A stretch of DNA of 64,000 bases from an uncultured delta proteobacterium. Lineage in GTDB: Bacteria; Myxococcota_A; Polyangia; Haliangiales; Haliangiaceae. Under the pieces are notes generated by a model, which worked only from the letters and a program-made list of their open reading frames with translations, ran no database searches and had not been told where the DNA came from. Positions 24,463 through 41,293 of the stretch are shown piece by piece. Both the position numbers and the translations under genes were made by a program. The stretch lies in contig CAVUQH010000003.1 in the NCBI GenBank assembly GCA_963743525.1, positions 320,001 to 384,000 on the forward strand, given 5' to 3'. The first letter of the stretch is position 1. Every line of letters begins with the position of its first letter.

Positions 24463-26730
24463 CAGTTGCCGCCCTTGCCCGGCGTGGCCGCCGACAGGTG
24501 TTGTTTCCAGTCGGGGTCGATCCAGATCCGATCGTACGGCACCTGGTTGGGCAAGTTCATGGCCCGGTTCTTCACGAACGGCTTGGTCAGCTGTTTCTGC
24601 GTGTAGACGTAGAGCGGGATGACCGGCGCGTCGTCCACCACCGTCTTCTCCGCCTGGTAGATCAGCTGGAGCCTTTTCTTGCGATCGAAGGTGCGCTCGG
24701 CCTCCTTCATCAGCTCTTCGAACTTGGGGCTGTTGTACTTGGAGCGGTTGTCCGGCGAGTTCTTGCGGAAGGCGGGCAGGAGCTCTGCCTCGGCGTCGGG
24801 GAAGTTGAGGATCCAGCCCATCCGCGCCACCTCGTATTGGCCGTAGCGGGTGTCAGCCAGGAACGTCTTCCACTCCTGCACCTCGAGGGTGACGTCGAGG
24901 CCGAGGTTCTTCTTCCACTGCTGCTGGATGTACTCGGCGATGACCTTGTGTAGGTCGACGCCCGAGTTGAACTTGAGCGAGAACGACTGCATGTAGTTCT
25001 TGCCCATCTCCTTGCGCGCCAGCGCCAGCTCTTCGCGGGCTTTCTTGACGTCGAACTCCAGGCCCGGCGGCGGGATGTAGCAGAGCTTGCCCGAGATCAT
25101 CACCGAGGCGATGCCCGGCGTGTCGCGGGTGACGCCGCAGGCGCGCAGGTCTTCGTCGGAGAGATCCGAGATCGGCTGCCCCGGCATCAGCTGGGCGCTT
25201 GGGATCTGCCCGCCGTGGAGGATCTCCGGCAGCGCCGAGCGATCGATCGACAGCGCCAGCGCCCGGCGGAAGTGGACGTTGGTGATCTTCTTGGTGTTGA
25301 TGAGATAGAAGTAGATGCCCAGGTACGGGCCCTCGCGGAAATCCTTGTACGCGCGCCCGCCGCGCATACTGCCGTCGAGCAGCGGGGTGTACGCGCTGGC
25401 GATCGCGGCGTCGACCACCGCGTCGCAGCCGCCCTCGAAGTAGTAGTTCGAAGACGCCGACTGGTCGTTCATGCTGAAGATCTTCATCTTGTCGAGCCTG
25501 ACGTGCTCGGCGTCCCAGTAGGTCGGCGACTTGACCAGCTCGATGTAGTCGCGGATGTGCCAGGCGGTCATGGTGAACGCGCCCGAGGTGATGATGTGCT
25601 CGGGGTGGCTCCACTTCTGTGGCCAGCGCGACACCGCCTCGCGCGGCGACGTCCGGTAGGCGCGCTGTGGCGTCTGCGCGATCATGTACGGCAGCGGGTG
25701 ATCGGTCTCGAGCACGAGCGTGTACGGGTCCGGCGCGCGAACGCCGACCGCGGCGGGCAGCATCATCACGTCGCCGGCGGCGACCTGGCCGGAGCGCAGC
25801 GGGACGTTGTCCACGTTCTGCAGCTCCTCGACGGTGATCTCCTTGCCCGGCACCCGGTTGGCCGGCACCTCGCGCACGTTGTAGACGAAGTCGGCGTGCG
25901 GGTGGATGTCGAGGTCGGTCATCGGCACCCAGCCGTAGACGCCCTGACCCTCCTGCCAGTAGACGTAGGCCCAGGTGATGCCCCTGGCGTCGTCCTTCTT
26001 GTCGACCAGGTCGACCGTGGTGTGCGGCGGGATCGACTGGTACGGCTCCTTCATCCGGCAGGCGGCGCCTTCGGGGCACCAGCCGTCCCAGAAGCCGGGG
26101 AAGTCGCGCAGCTCGAGGGTCTTGCTCGACTGGAAGTCGTTCGAGTAGCGCAGCTCGGACGAGCCGTACGACCGGTCCTCGTCCTTCTCGTCCTTGTCGG
26201 CGTTGGTGACCTCGACGATGTCTCCGGCGTGGAACGGCCCGACGTCGCGCAGGACGACGCGGATCTTGTTGCCGGTGAACTCCTCGCCGTTCTTCAGCTT
26301 CCAGTGCGGGTCGGTATTGGCCGAGGCCGACGACCAGTGGAGGATGCGGATGATGCTGAAGACGAAGTCGTCGGCGGTGAGCGGCCGGCCGTTGGACCAG
26401 CGCGCGTCGTGGCGCAGGTGGAAGGTGAAGGTTCGCACGTCCGGCGACACGTCCCAGCTGGTCGCCACCGACGGCTCGGGCTGGCCGTTCATGTCGTAGC
26501 GGGTCAGCCCGTCCCACATCATGTAGATGAGCGGCAAGCCCGGTGGTGCTGGTCGTCAGGGCCGGGTCGATGTACTGCGGCTCGCCCGAATTGCACAGCC
26601 GCAGCGTGGTCGGATCCGGGTCGTCTTTGACGAACCCCCAGTAGTCGCCATCGGGCATCCCGCAGTTACAGCCGCTGGCCAGCGTCGACACGCACAGCCA
26701 GGCAAGGGCCACCCATCCAGCCCGCATCAT
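24462..26730 (-). CDS. oppA: Oligopeptide-binding lipoprotein with large insertion, +1 frameshift at ~26540
   Basis: NSGEPQYIDP in one frame; GLTRYD...FHLR..ARWSNG..LTADDF in the next. Confidence 0.85.
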
Positions 26731-26756
26731 TCACCAGCCCCCGCCGCTGCGAACGC

Positions 26757-26870
26757 ATCTGCGCGGCATCTCGTGCCGTACCTCCTCGCTCACTCGGTCA
26801 CGGGCTGCAGCCCGCTCCCTCGTTCGCTGCGGGGGTGCGGCCCGATCTGCTCGCGCAGCTGCGCCCTCGC
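26757..26870 (+). repeat. Dispersed hairpin repeat, copy B
   Basis: ~92% identical to reverse complement of 8745-8858. Confidence 0.9.
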
Positions 26871-27071
26871 GACGCGGGGGTGATGAAGGATGCGGGCTGG
26901 CACACATGAACGGCGTTATATCCGACGGATCGGGGGCGATCAAACCGGGCCCGAATCGACCCGGGCCTCGGTTGCAGCCGGCGGCCTGCTGCCAGCAGGG
27001 AATTGACTCGGCGGCCGCGTAATGTTGAGATTTATTGCGAAAGCGCCGTCCGCGGCGCTTCTTGGGGGCAA

Positions 27072-28541
27072 TTGGACAGCCAAACTCTGGGTATCGGCGT
27101 GTTCCTGGGCGTGGTCGTGGGTGCGCTGGTCATCGGCCTGCTCTTCCGCGTGCGCCTGGTCGCGGCCGAGAGGCGCGCGAGCAAGCTGCAGCGCGAGAAC
27201 GACGAGCTGCGCCGGCAGGCGGCCCAGCAGTCGGCCGAGATGCTGGCGCTGGTCGACGTCGCGCTGCGCACCCTGGGCAAGGCCAGCGGTGATGCCCGCT
27301 CGGCGGTGAGCGGCCACGCCGACCTGCAGTCGCGGCTGTCGGGAGAGCTTTCGCGCCTGGCCGCGCGCGCCGGGGCCGACGGCGCCGACACCGAGTCGGA
27401 CGCCGTGGCGGTGCAGGCGGCGCAGCAGGCCACCGAGGAGCTGTCGTCGCGCGAGCGCGCGCTCGAGGCGGCGCTGGTCGAGCTCGAGCGGCGGTTCGAG
27501 GTCGCCCAGGCGATGGTCGAGGCGGCTGCCGATGACGACCGCATGACCGCGCACAAGATCGACGACCTGGTCGGCGCCGCGGCCGAGGCGCTGGGCGTGG
27601 CCTCGACCATGGATGACGTCATCCAGCGGATCAAAGACGCCGCCGCCGAGACCGCGGAGCTGTCGGCCGAGGTGTTGACGCAGGCAGAGCGCGGCTACCG
27701 CGCCGTGCACCGCACCCTCGACGAGATCGAGCGCATCCGCGGACTGACCGACAACGCCCGCGCGCGCATCGAGGCGCTGGGCGATCGGGTCGCCGGCATC
27801 GGCCACGTGGTCAAGGTCATCCACGAGATCACCGAGAAGACCAACCTCTTGGCGCTCAACGCGTCGATCATCGCCGCCCAGGCCGGCGAGCACGGCCGCA
27901 GCTTCGCGGTGGTGGCCAACGAGATCAAGGCGCTGGCTCAGCGCACGGCGGCGTCGACCAAGGAGATCAGCGAGCAGATCCGCGGCGTGCAGGACGAGTC
28001 GGCGCGGGCGAACACGGCCATGATCGACGGCGTCGCTGCGGTCGGAGAGGGCTTCCAGGTGGCGATCTCGGCCGGGGACGCGCTGGACGCCATCCGCCAG
28101 AGCGCCAAGGCGGCGCAGAAGAAAGTGCAGCACATGACCCGCACGCTGCGCCAGCAGTCCAACGTCGCCCAGCAGGTGGTCGACAGCGCGGCTCAGGTCA
28201 GCGAGCGGGCGACGTCGTTCGCCACCGCGGTGCGCGGGCAGACGTCGATGGCCGATCGCATGCGCGGCGCGGCGCTGGATCTCGACGCCGGCGCGCGCGA
28301 GATCGCCGAGCTGGTGCGGTCGCAGGGCTCCAGCACCGGTCTTTGCGTTGACACGGTGCAGAGGCTGTCGGACCGGATGACCTTGCTGCGCCGGCGCGAG
28401 CTGGAGCTGCGCCGCGCCATGCGCGAGATCGAGAGCGGCGCCGGTACCTCGCTGCGTTTCGGCGACGAGATGTCGGCGCGCTGGGCTGCCGTCGAGGAAG
28501 CGCTGGGGACCCTGCAGCGGGTCACCGACCTGCGCGCGTGA
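27072..28541 (+). CDS. Methyl-accepting chemotaxis protein
   Basis: [29 protein letters not shown] start is tentative. Confidence 0.88.
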   Translation: MDSQTLGIGVFLGVVVGALVIGLLFRVRLVAAERRASKLQRENDELRRQAAQQSAEMLALVDVALRTLGKASGDARSAVSGHADLQSRLSGELSRLAARAGADGADTESDAVAVQAAQQATEELSSRERALEAALVELERRFEVAQAMVEAAADDDRMTAHKIDDLVGAAAEALGVASTMDDVIQRIKDAAAETAELSAEVLTQAERGYRAVHRTLDEIERIRGLTDNARARIEALGDRVAGIGHVVKVIHEITEKTNLLALNASIIAAQAGEHGRSFAVVANEIKALAQRTAASTKEISEQIRGVQDESARANTAMIDGVAAVGEGFQVAISAGDALDAIRQSAKAAQKKVQHMTRTLRQQSNVAQQVVDSAAQVSERATSFATAVRGQTSMADRMRGAALDLDAGAREIAELVRSQGSSTGLCVDTVQRLSDRMTLLRRRELELRRAMREIESGAGTSLRFGDEMSARWAAVEEALGTLQRVTDLRA

Positions 28542-28547
28542 TCGGGC

Positions 28548-29141
28548 TCAGGCCGCGATCATGTCCCAGCAGGCCTGGGCGGCGCCGCGGATCGCCTCGG
28601 CGTCGAGCTGAACGCGGCCCTCCCAGTGGGCGCGCATCATGCCGACGAAGGCGCCGAAGACCAACTCCATCAGCAGCGACGCGTCGAGCGACTTGACCAC
28701 ACCCTCGGCTTGCGCCTGCTGGATCATCTGCCGGGCGAAATCCTTGAGGGTGCGATCGATCGCCAGGCTTTCGGCGTCGAGATACGACGAGTGGTTGTGC
28801 AGCTCGATGAAGGCGAAGGCGGTGGGCGCGCTGGTCGCGAACGCCACCATCTCGTTCCACATCACTTCGAACTGCTCGCGCACCGGGGCGCCCTGGGGGA
28901 ACGCGGTGAAGACGCGCTGGGCGACCGCCGATTTCCACGTGCGGTAGAGGGCGTTGACCAGCGCCTCCTTGCTGTCGAAGTAGTGGTAGATGGTGCCGGC
29001 GGCGATGCCGGCCTTTGCCGCGATCTGCGGGATCGCGGTGCCGTGGAAGCCGCGCTCGACGAAGCAGTCCAGGGCCGCGTCGAGGATCGACTCCCGGCGG
29101 TCCGGCTGGGCCGGACGGCCTCGTTTCGCCTTTGCCGCCAT
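28548..29141 (-). CDS. TetR-family regulator
   Basis: ILDAA...IAAKAGIAAGTIYHYF.SKE. Confidence 0.95.
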   Translation of the reverse strand: MAAKAKRGRPAQPDRRESILDAALDCFVERGFHGTAIPQIAAKAGIAAGTIYHYFDSKEALVNALYRTWKSAVAQRVFTAFPQGAPVREQFEVMWNEMVAFATSAPTAFAFIELHNHSSYLDAESLAIDRTLKDFARQMIQQAQAEGVVKSLDASLLMELVFGAFVGMMRAHWEGRVQLDAEAIRGAAQACWDMIAA

Positions 29142-29144
29142 TTG

Positions 29145-29256
29145 TGAATGATTATTCAAGTAATCATCGGTGTTTGTCAACACCGTGGCGAAAAGCGTTG
29201 ACGGGGGCCGAAATAAGCTGCTATCCGTGGATTCGTAGTTTTTCGAATGAACATTC
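29145..29256. promoter_or_regulatory. Divergent promoter with two putative TetR operators
   Basis: Near-palindromes GAATGATTATTC (29146-29157) and GAATGAACATTC (29245-29256); TTGACA on minus strand at 29175-29180, TTGACG on plus strand at 29198-29203. Confidence 0.7.
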
Positions 29257-29278
29257 AATCAATAAATCGGAGAACACC

Positions 29279-30256
29279 ATGCTGAACCAGTCCCTCCTCC
29301 TCCTGGCCACCCTGTCCGCGTCGAGCTGCGCGGGCCTGCCCCCCGGTGACATGACCGATCCCCACTACTGGGGCGACTACTTCCTCGACAAGTACGCCAC
29401 CGAGCGGGCCGACGCGGTGAACAACCTAGAGCCCGGGCCGACGCCGCTGGTCCACCCGCGGACCGTCCTGCTCATCACCGGGGTGACGATTCCGGCCGAG
29501 TGGTTCGACCCGATCGTGCTGCGGCTGCAGCGCGACGGCTTCCGCCCGGTGGTCTACGAGCCGCCCGACCTGCTCAGCGGCGACCTGTTCGACAACGCCG
29601 AGCGCCTCGGCGACGTGATCGAACAGGTCCAGGCGGACAGCGGGCAGGACAAGATCGACGTCCTGGCCGAATGCACGGGCGGACTGATCGCCCGCTATTA
29701 CATCCAGTCACTGGGCGGTGACCAGCACGTGTCGAGGTTGGTGACCTTCATCTCGCCGCAGCACGGCGTGGACAAGGCGCCGCTGGCCGCCAGCATCGCC
29801 GGCTGGCCGGCGCTGTACGATCTTTCGCCGGGCAGCGACTTCCTGCACGCGGTCAACGACGTTCCGCTCCCCGACGATGTCGCCGTGACGTCGATCTACT
29901 CCTGCACCGACGAGTACATCCAGCCGTTCACCACGTCGATCATCCCCGGCGCCAAGAACATCGAGCTTTGCGACGGCTACATCGGCCACTTTCGGTTCTT
30001 CTACGACCCGGACATCTACCTGATCATGCACGACGCGCTGATCGACGGCGTCGACGACTCCGATCCGGCCGATCCCGGCATGACCGATCCGACTGATCCG
30101 AGCGACCCGGGCTCGACCGATGATCCAACCGACCCGATGGCCGAGCCGCAGGACGGCGCGGTCGGCTGCTCCACCGGCGGTGGCGCCGGCGGCGGCTTCG
30201 CGCTCCTCTTGCTCGGTCTGGTCGCGGTGTCGCGCCGCCGTCGCCGCCGAGACTGA
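29279..30256 (+). CDS. Secreted lipase-fold alpha/beta hydrolase with MYXO-CTERM tail
   Basis: KIDVLAECTGG elbow; D/P linker; GC...GG-TM-RRRRR C-terminus. Confidence 0.82.
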   Translation: MLNQSLLLLATLSASSCAGLPPGDMTDPHYWGDYFLDKYATERADAVNNLEPGPTPLVHPRTVLLITGVTIPAEWFDPIVLRLQRDGFRPVVYEPPDLLSGDLFDNAERLGDVIEQVQADSGQDKIDVLAECTGGLIARYYIQSLGGDQHVSRLVTFISPQHGVDKAPLAASIAGWPALYDLSPGSDFLHAVNDVPLPDDVAVTSIYSCTDEYIQPFTTSIIPGAKNIELCDGYIGHFRFFYDPDIYLIMHDALIDGVDDSDPADPGMTDPTDPSDPGSTDDPTDPMAEPQDGAVGCSTGGGAGGGFALLLLGLVAVSRRRRRRD

Positions 30257-30312
30257 CCCGTCTCACGCGGCGCCCGTCCCCGCGCCGCGGGGGCGGGGCC
30301 GGGGCGCGGGTA

Positions 30313-31902
<1,590 letters not shown>

Positions 31903-32019
31903 ACTAGTGCAAATCGCCGCGCGCGCCAGCCCGCGGACCTGACAGGCGCTCCCCGAACCCAGGTCCGGACGTCCTGAGCGCAGGCCGTGCCCGCACGGCC
32001 GAAGTCGAAGGACGCAGCG

Positions 32020-33087
<1,068 letters not shown>

Positions 33088-33097
33088 TACTGCTCTC

Positions 33098-34981
<1,884 letters not shown>

Positions 34982-35167
34982 GGTGCATCTGTAATGGTTT
35001 GGGTCGGTTCGTCACCCGGGCGTCAGAATGCGCTCCGGTTGGGCGGAGTACCGACAGTTACGTCATGGCTGAATCCGCAGAAGCTACGCGAACCCGCGTG
35101 GATAGGCAATAGGCTGTCCGCCCGGCTTGCGGACTTCCTCTGGCGAGGGGTATACACCTATCGTCTC

Positions 35168-35244
<77 letters not shown>

Positions 35245-35248
35245 GCCC

Positions 35249-35965
35249 GTGCCCAAGCCCCTGGCCGAAATTGCCGTCGATGCCGGGCTCGTCTCGCGTC
35301 AGGCCGTCGTCGAAGCGGCCCGCCGGGCCGACGCCGAGGGCATTCCGCTCGTCGTCGTCCTGGTGCGCGAAAACGGCGTCGACGAGCTCGGCCTGGTGTC
35401 GGCGGTCCGCCGGCAGATGCGAGTGCCGCTGGCCGACCCGGCCCACGTCAAGCTCGACCCGGACGCGCTGCGGGAGCTGTCCCGGGACCTGTGCCGCCGG
35501 CTCAAAGTGGTACCGCTGTCGGTGGCCATCTACGGTCGCGGGCCCCGGCTGCTGCGGCTGGGCATGGCCGACCCCACCGACACGGTGGCCATCGCCGAGG
35601 TCGAGCACGTCACCGGCTGCCGGGTGGACGTCTCGCTGATGCCGCTATCGGCGGTGGAGGAGATGGTCGAGACCGGCTACCGGGCGTTCGTGACCGAGGT
35701 CATGAAACGAGCCCCGGCAGGACCCGGCAATGTGCGGACGGCGCCGGCGCCCCGGCGCCGCGGGGGCCCCGACGACGGGGACGTCGCCGGCGAGGAGTCG
35801 CCCCTGCCCACGACCATGCCGTTCCACCGCCTGTCCGACGAGGCTCACGTGGGGTTGCGGCTGCAGGCCATCCTCGACTTGCTCCTCGAGAAGCGGCTCA
35901 TCACCGAAGATGAGTACGAGGAGAAGGTGAGGCAGCTCATGAAACGCGAGCAGGGCGACGGCTGA
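35249..35965 (+). CDS. Stand-alone GspE/PilB N-terminal (MshEN-like) domain protein
   Basis: LAEIAVDAGLVS..., VVPL, LGMADPTD; no ATPase domain. Confidence 0.75.
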   Translation: MPKPLAEIAVDAGLVSRQAVVEAARRADAEGIPLVVVLVRENGVDELGLVSAVRRQMRVPLADPAHVKLDPDALRELSRDLCRRLKVVPLSVAIYGRGPRLLRLGMADPTDTVAIAEVEHVTGCRVDVSLMPLSAVEEMVETGYRAFVTEVMKRAPAGPGNVRTAPAPRRRGGPDDGDVAGEESPLPTTMPFHRLSDEAHVGLRLQAILDLLLEKRLITEDEYEEKVRQLMKREQGDG

Positions 35966-36035
35966 GCCGGTCTGGAACGCCGGCTCGGGTCGGCTGCGAA
36001 CGGGCGCGCCCAGCCCCGCTGGGCTATAGTTTTGT

Positions 36036-38381
<2,346 letters not shown>

Positions 38382-38562
38382 CGCCCCCGGGCGCGAGACG
38401 GCTTCAACGAAGCCAGCCGCGACCTCGGCGAGTAGCGCCCCCGGGCGCGAGACGGCGTCAACGAAGCCAGCCGCGGCCTCGGCGAGTAGCGCCCCCGGGC
38501 GCGAGACGGCTTCAACGAAGCCAGCCGCGACCTCGGCGAGTAGCGCGCCCCCCCCCGGGCCG

Positions 38563-38781
38563 CTACTTGCGCTGCTTCTTCTTGCTCTTCTTGCCGCGGT
38601 TGCCGCCGGTCTTGGGCGGCCTCCCCGCGTCGCGGTCACGCTGTGCCGCGGCGTCGCCGTCCTGGGTTCCCCACTGAGAACGGCGGTGGCTCACTTTCAA
38701 GGCACTCCCCGAACGGTGGGAGGAACCCAAACGGATCCGCGAGGCGGTCCGACCGAAGCTCGAGCCGAGAGTAGATGCCAT
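38563..38781 (-). CDS. Putative small basic protein (72 aa)
   Basis: Fills the intergenic gap; TTGACC-N16-TAGCGT lies 6 nt before the ATG; Lys-rich tail. Confidence 0.45.
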   Translation of the reverse strand: MASTLGSSFGRTASRIRLGSSHRSGSALKVSHRRSQWGTQDGDAAAQRDRDAGRPPKTGGNRGKKSKKKQRK

Positions 38782-38875
38782 ATCTCCACGCTACAGGGCC
38801 GATGGATCGGGTCAACTTTCTGGAAGTCACGAAATCGGGTGCGCGTTCTGGTACGATCACCATCTGGGGGACGCG

Positions 38876-39940
38876 ATGTACGACGTCTACATCGAGCGGC
38901 CGCGTGACGCTTCGCCGATCGCCGTAGCTACGCTCGCGGAAGGGATCGCGGCGCAGTTCCGCGTGCCCACGGAGGCGATCGCGCAGCGGCTTTCGGCCGG
39001 ACGCTTTCGCGTCAAGTCGGGAGCCGATCGCGAGACCGCCGAGCGGATCGCGCAATCGCTCGAGGGCCTGGGCGCGATCTGCGCGATCGTCGATGCCGCC
39101 ACCGGTCAGCCGCTGCCGCGCGCGGCCACACCGCCGCCGCCGGCGGCGCCCGCACCTGCGCCGGCCGTCGCCGCGCCGCCATCCACCGCCTCCGACGACT
39201 ACCAGAGCGGCCTGTCCGCCGCCTTCGCCACGCGCGACTCGCAGCAGAGCATCGGCATCCTCAGCTCGGTCGACGACTCATCGTCGTTTGCGCTGGCGAC
39301 CATCGACGGCGACGAGGGTGCGGCCGCTCCGGCCGCTGCCGCCGCCTTCGCCCCGGCCGACGGCGGCGACGCCGACCTGTTCGCGCCACCGGAAGACAAC
39401 GAGAAGCTCGAGGTCGCCCTCGCTCCGATGACACCTCCGCCCGCCGCTGCGCCACCGCCGCCGGCGGCCGGCGACGACGGTTTCCTCACCCTTCAACCCG
39501 GGGAGGGTGGTGACGACTTCGCCCTCCCGCCGACCCGTCTCACCACCGCGGTACCGGAGGCGAGCCCGATCACCCGCGCCCGCCGCGCGCTGGCCAGCAA
39601 CGTCGGCATGCGCCTCGCCGTCGGCGCGGTGCTGGCCGTGCTGCTCGGCTTCATCCCCGCGCACATCGTCGGCGCCATCCGCGAGTCGTCGGCGTACGAC
39701 ACCCCGCGGCAAAACATCGAGCAGGCCGATCGCGCCTACGCCGCCACCGACGTCGCCACCGCCGACGACCTGGCCGAAGCCGACGCCCACCTGAACAAGG
39801 TCCGCGCCGACCAGACCGCGATCCTCCACGGCCGCCGCACCAGCATCGCCATCACCGGCGGCGCGGTTTGGCTGCTGTTCGCCGCCGGCCTCGGCTGGCT
39901 GTGGCTGAAGAAGATCGACTGGGATCGCTGGGCCGACTAG
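38876..39940 (+). CDS. Hypothetical membrane protein
   Basis: Globular N-terminus, P/A linker, two TM helices. Confidence 0.7.
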   Translation: MYDVYIERPRDASPIAVATLAEGIAAQFRVPTEAIAQRLSAGRFRVKSGADRETAERIAQSLEGLGAICAIVDAATGQPLPRAATPPPPAAPAPAPAVAAPPSTASDDYQSGLSAAFATRDSQQSIGILSSVDDSSSFALATIDGDEGAAAPAAAAAFAPADGGDADLFAPPEDNEKLEVALAPMTPPPAAAPPPPAAGDDGFLTLQPGEGGDDFALPPTRLTTAVPEASPITRARRALASNVGMRLAVGAVLAVLLGFIPAHIVGAIRESSAYDTPRQNIEQADRAYAATDVATADDLAEADAHLNKVRADQTAILHGRRTSIAITGGAVWLLFAAGLGWLWLKKIDWDRWAD

Positions 39941-39943
39941 CGG

Positions 39944-40825
39944 CTACATCTCCGCCATGCGTTTTTCGCGCCGGCGGGTGACGATCCACGAGATCACGAT
40001 CGAGATGTTGTAGAGGACCACCAGCGGGCCGGCCATCAGGAGCTGCGACATGACGTCGGGCGGGGTCAGGATGGCCGAGATGGTGAACGCCAGGACGATC
40101 CACCAGCGGTTGAAGCGCCACATGCCGCGGTGGGTGACCATGCCGATGATCGACAGGAAGAAGATCAGCAGCGGCAGCTCGAAGATCAGGCCGAAGCCGA
40201 TCAGCAGCTTGCGGGCGAAGCCGATGTACTCCTGGATCGTCAGCAGCGGGTGCAGGCCGACGTGGACGTTGGTGTTGTAGGCCAGGCCGAGGTCGTGCTG
40301 GATCTGGCCGACGTTGGCGGTGGCGTAGCCGAGCAGGAACGCGTAGACCGGCTCGAGCACGAAGTAGTAGCAGAACAGCGCGCCGCCGACGAAGCAGAGC
40401 CCGGAGACGATGGCGAAGACCACGCCGACCCGCCGCTCGCGCTTGTACAGGCCGGGGGCGATGAACTTCCAGATCTGGTGGAAGATGAACGGCGAGGCGA
40501 CGAAGATGCCGGCCCACAGCGACAGCGAGAAGTAGGCCCAGAACGGATCGATCAGCGAGCCGAAGTAGAGCGACGGGTCGCCGATCTCGGGGGTTGCCAC
40601 CTGCTTCTGGTGCCAGACGTGGATCAGCGGCTGCACCAGCCAGACCAGGATCTCCTGGTTGAAGGTGTAGGCGATGGCGAAGCCGCCGAGCAGGGCGATG
40701 ACCGAGTTGCGGATGCGCGTGCGCAGATCGCGCAGATGCTCGACGAACGGCATCCGCGACGCGTCGAGCTCGGCCTCGGGATCCTCCCCGGCGCCGGTTT
40801 CGGCGTCGGCCTCGGTGTCAGCCAT
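39944..40825 (-). CDS. tatC: Twin-arginine translocase subunit C
   Basis: MPFVEHLRDLR, FIAPGLYKRE, FELP, LTPPD. Confidence 0.96.
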   Translation of the reverse strand: MADTEADAETGAGEDPEAELDASRMPFVEHLRDLRTRIRNSVIALLGGFAIAYTFNQEILVWLVQPLIHVWHQKQVATPEIGDPSLYFGSLIDPFWAYFSLSLWAGIFVASPFIFHQIWKFIAPGLYKRERRVGVVFAIVSGLCFVGGALFCYYFVLEPVYAFLLGYATANVGQIQHDLGLAYNTNVHVGLHPLLTIQEYIGFARKLLIGFGLIFELPLLIFFLSIIGMVTHRGMWRFNRWWIVLAFTISAILTPPDVMSQLLMAGPLVVLYNISIVISWIVTRRREKRMAEM

Positions 40826-41270
40826 GTGCCAGCTCGTCGTCGTCGTCGCCCTTGGCGACGGTGCCGCCGGCCGACTTCACCACCGGCATGTCCGGGTCCG
40901 CGGCCGGGCCCTCGGCCTCGGCTTCGGGCTCGGGGGCGGGCGGGTTGACGTCCTCGGCCGCGACGTTGCCCTTGGGCAGCGGCAGGGCTGGGCTCGTCCC
41001 GGTTATCGCTGGCTTGGGCTTGGGCCGGCCCTCGGCGGCGCGGGCCGCCATGCGGATGTCGTCGCCGCGCAGGGCGCTCTTGAGGTCGCGCACGGCGTCG
41101 CCGAGCTCGGTGTCCTCGTCCAGCGTCTTCTGCAGGTCCCGGGTCTGCTTGCGGAAGTCGCGGATTCCCTGGCTCAGCTTCTTCGCTGCGTCCGGAAGTT
41201 TATCGGGGCCCACGACGAGGAGGGCGACGATGGCGATGACGACCATCTCCCAGATACCCATGCCAAACAT
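40818..41270 (-). CDS. tatB: Twin-arginine translocase subunit B
   Basis: MFGMGIWE...VGPDKLP. Confidence 0.9.
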   Translation of the reverse strand: MFGMGIWEMVVIAIVALLVVGPDKLPDAAKKLSQGIRDFRKQTRDLQKTLDEDTELGDAVRDLKSALRGDDIRMAARAAEGRPKPKPAITGTSPALPLPKGNVAAEDVNPPAPEPEAEAEGPAADPDMPVVKSAGGTVAKGDDDDELAHG

Positions 41271-41293
41271 GCTGCGGCGGAATATAGCACTCC

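Noticed and set aside
26535..26545. Programmed frameshift or pseudogene in oppA
   Set aside because: One extra base in a short G run, no slippery heptamer, both halves intact; more likely a sequencing indel
26897..26915. Sigma54 promoter (TGGCAC)
   Set aside because: No TTGC/GC at the required -12 spacing
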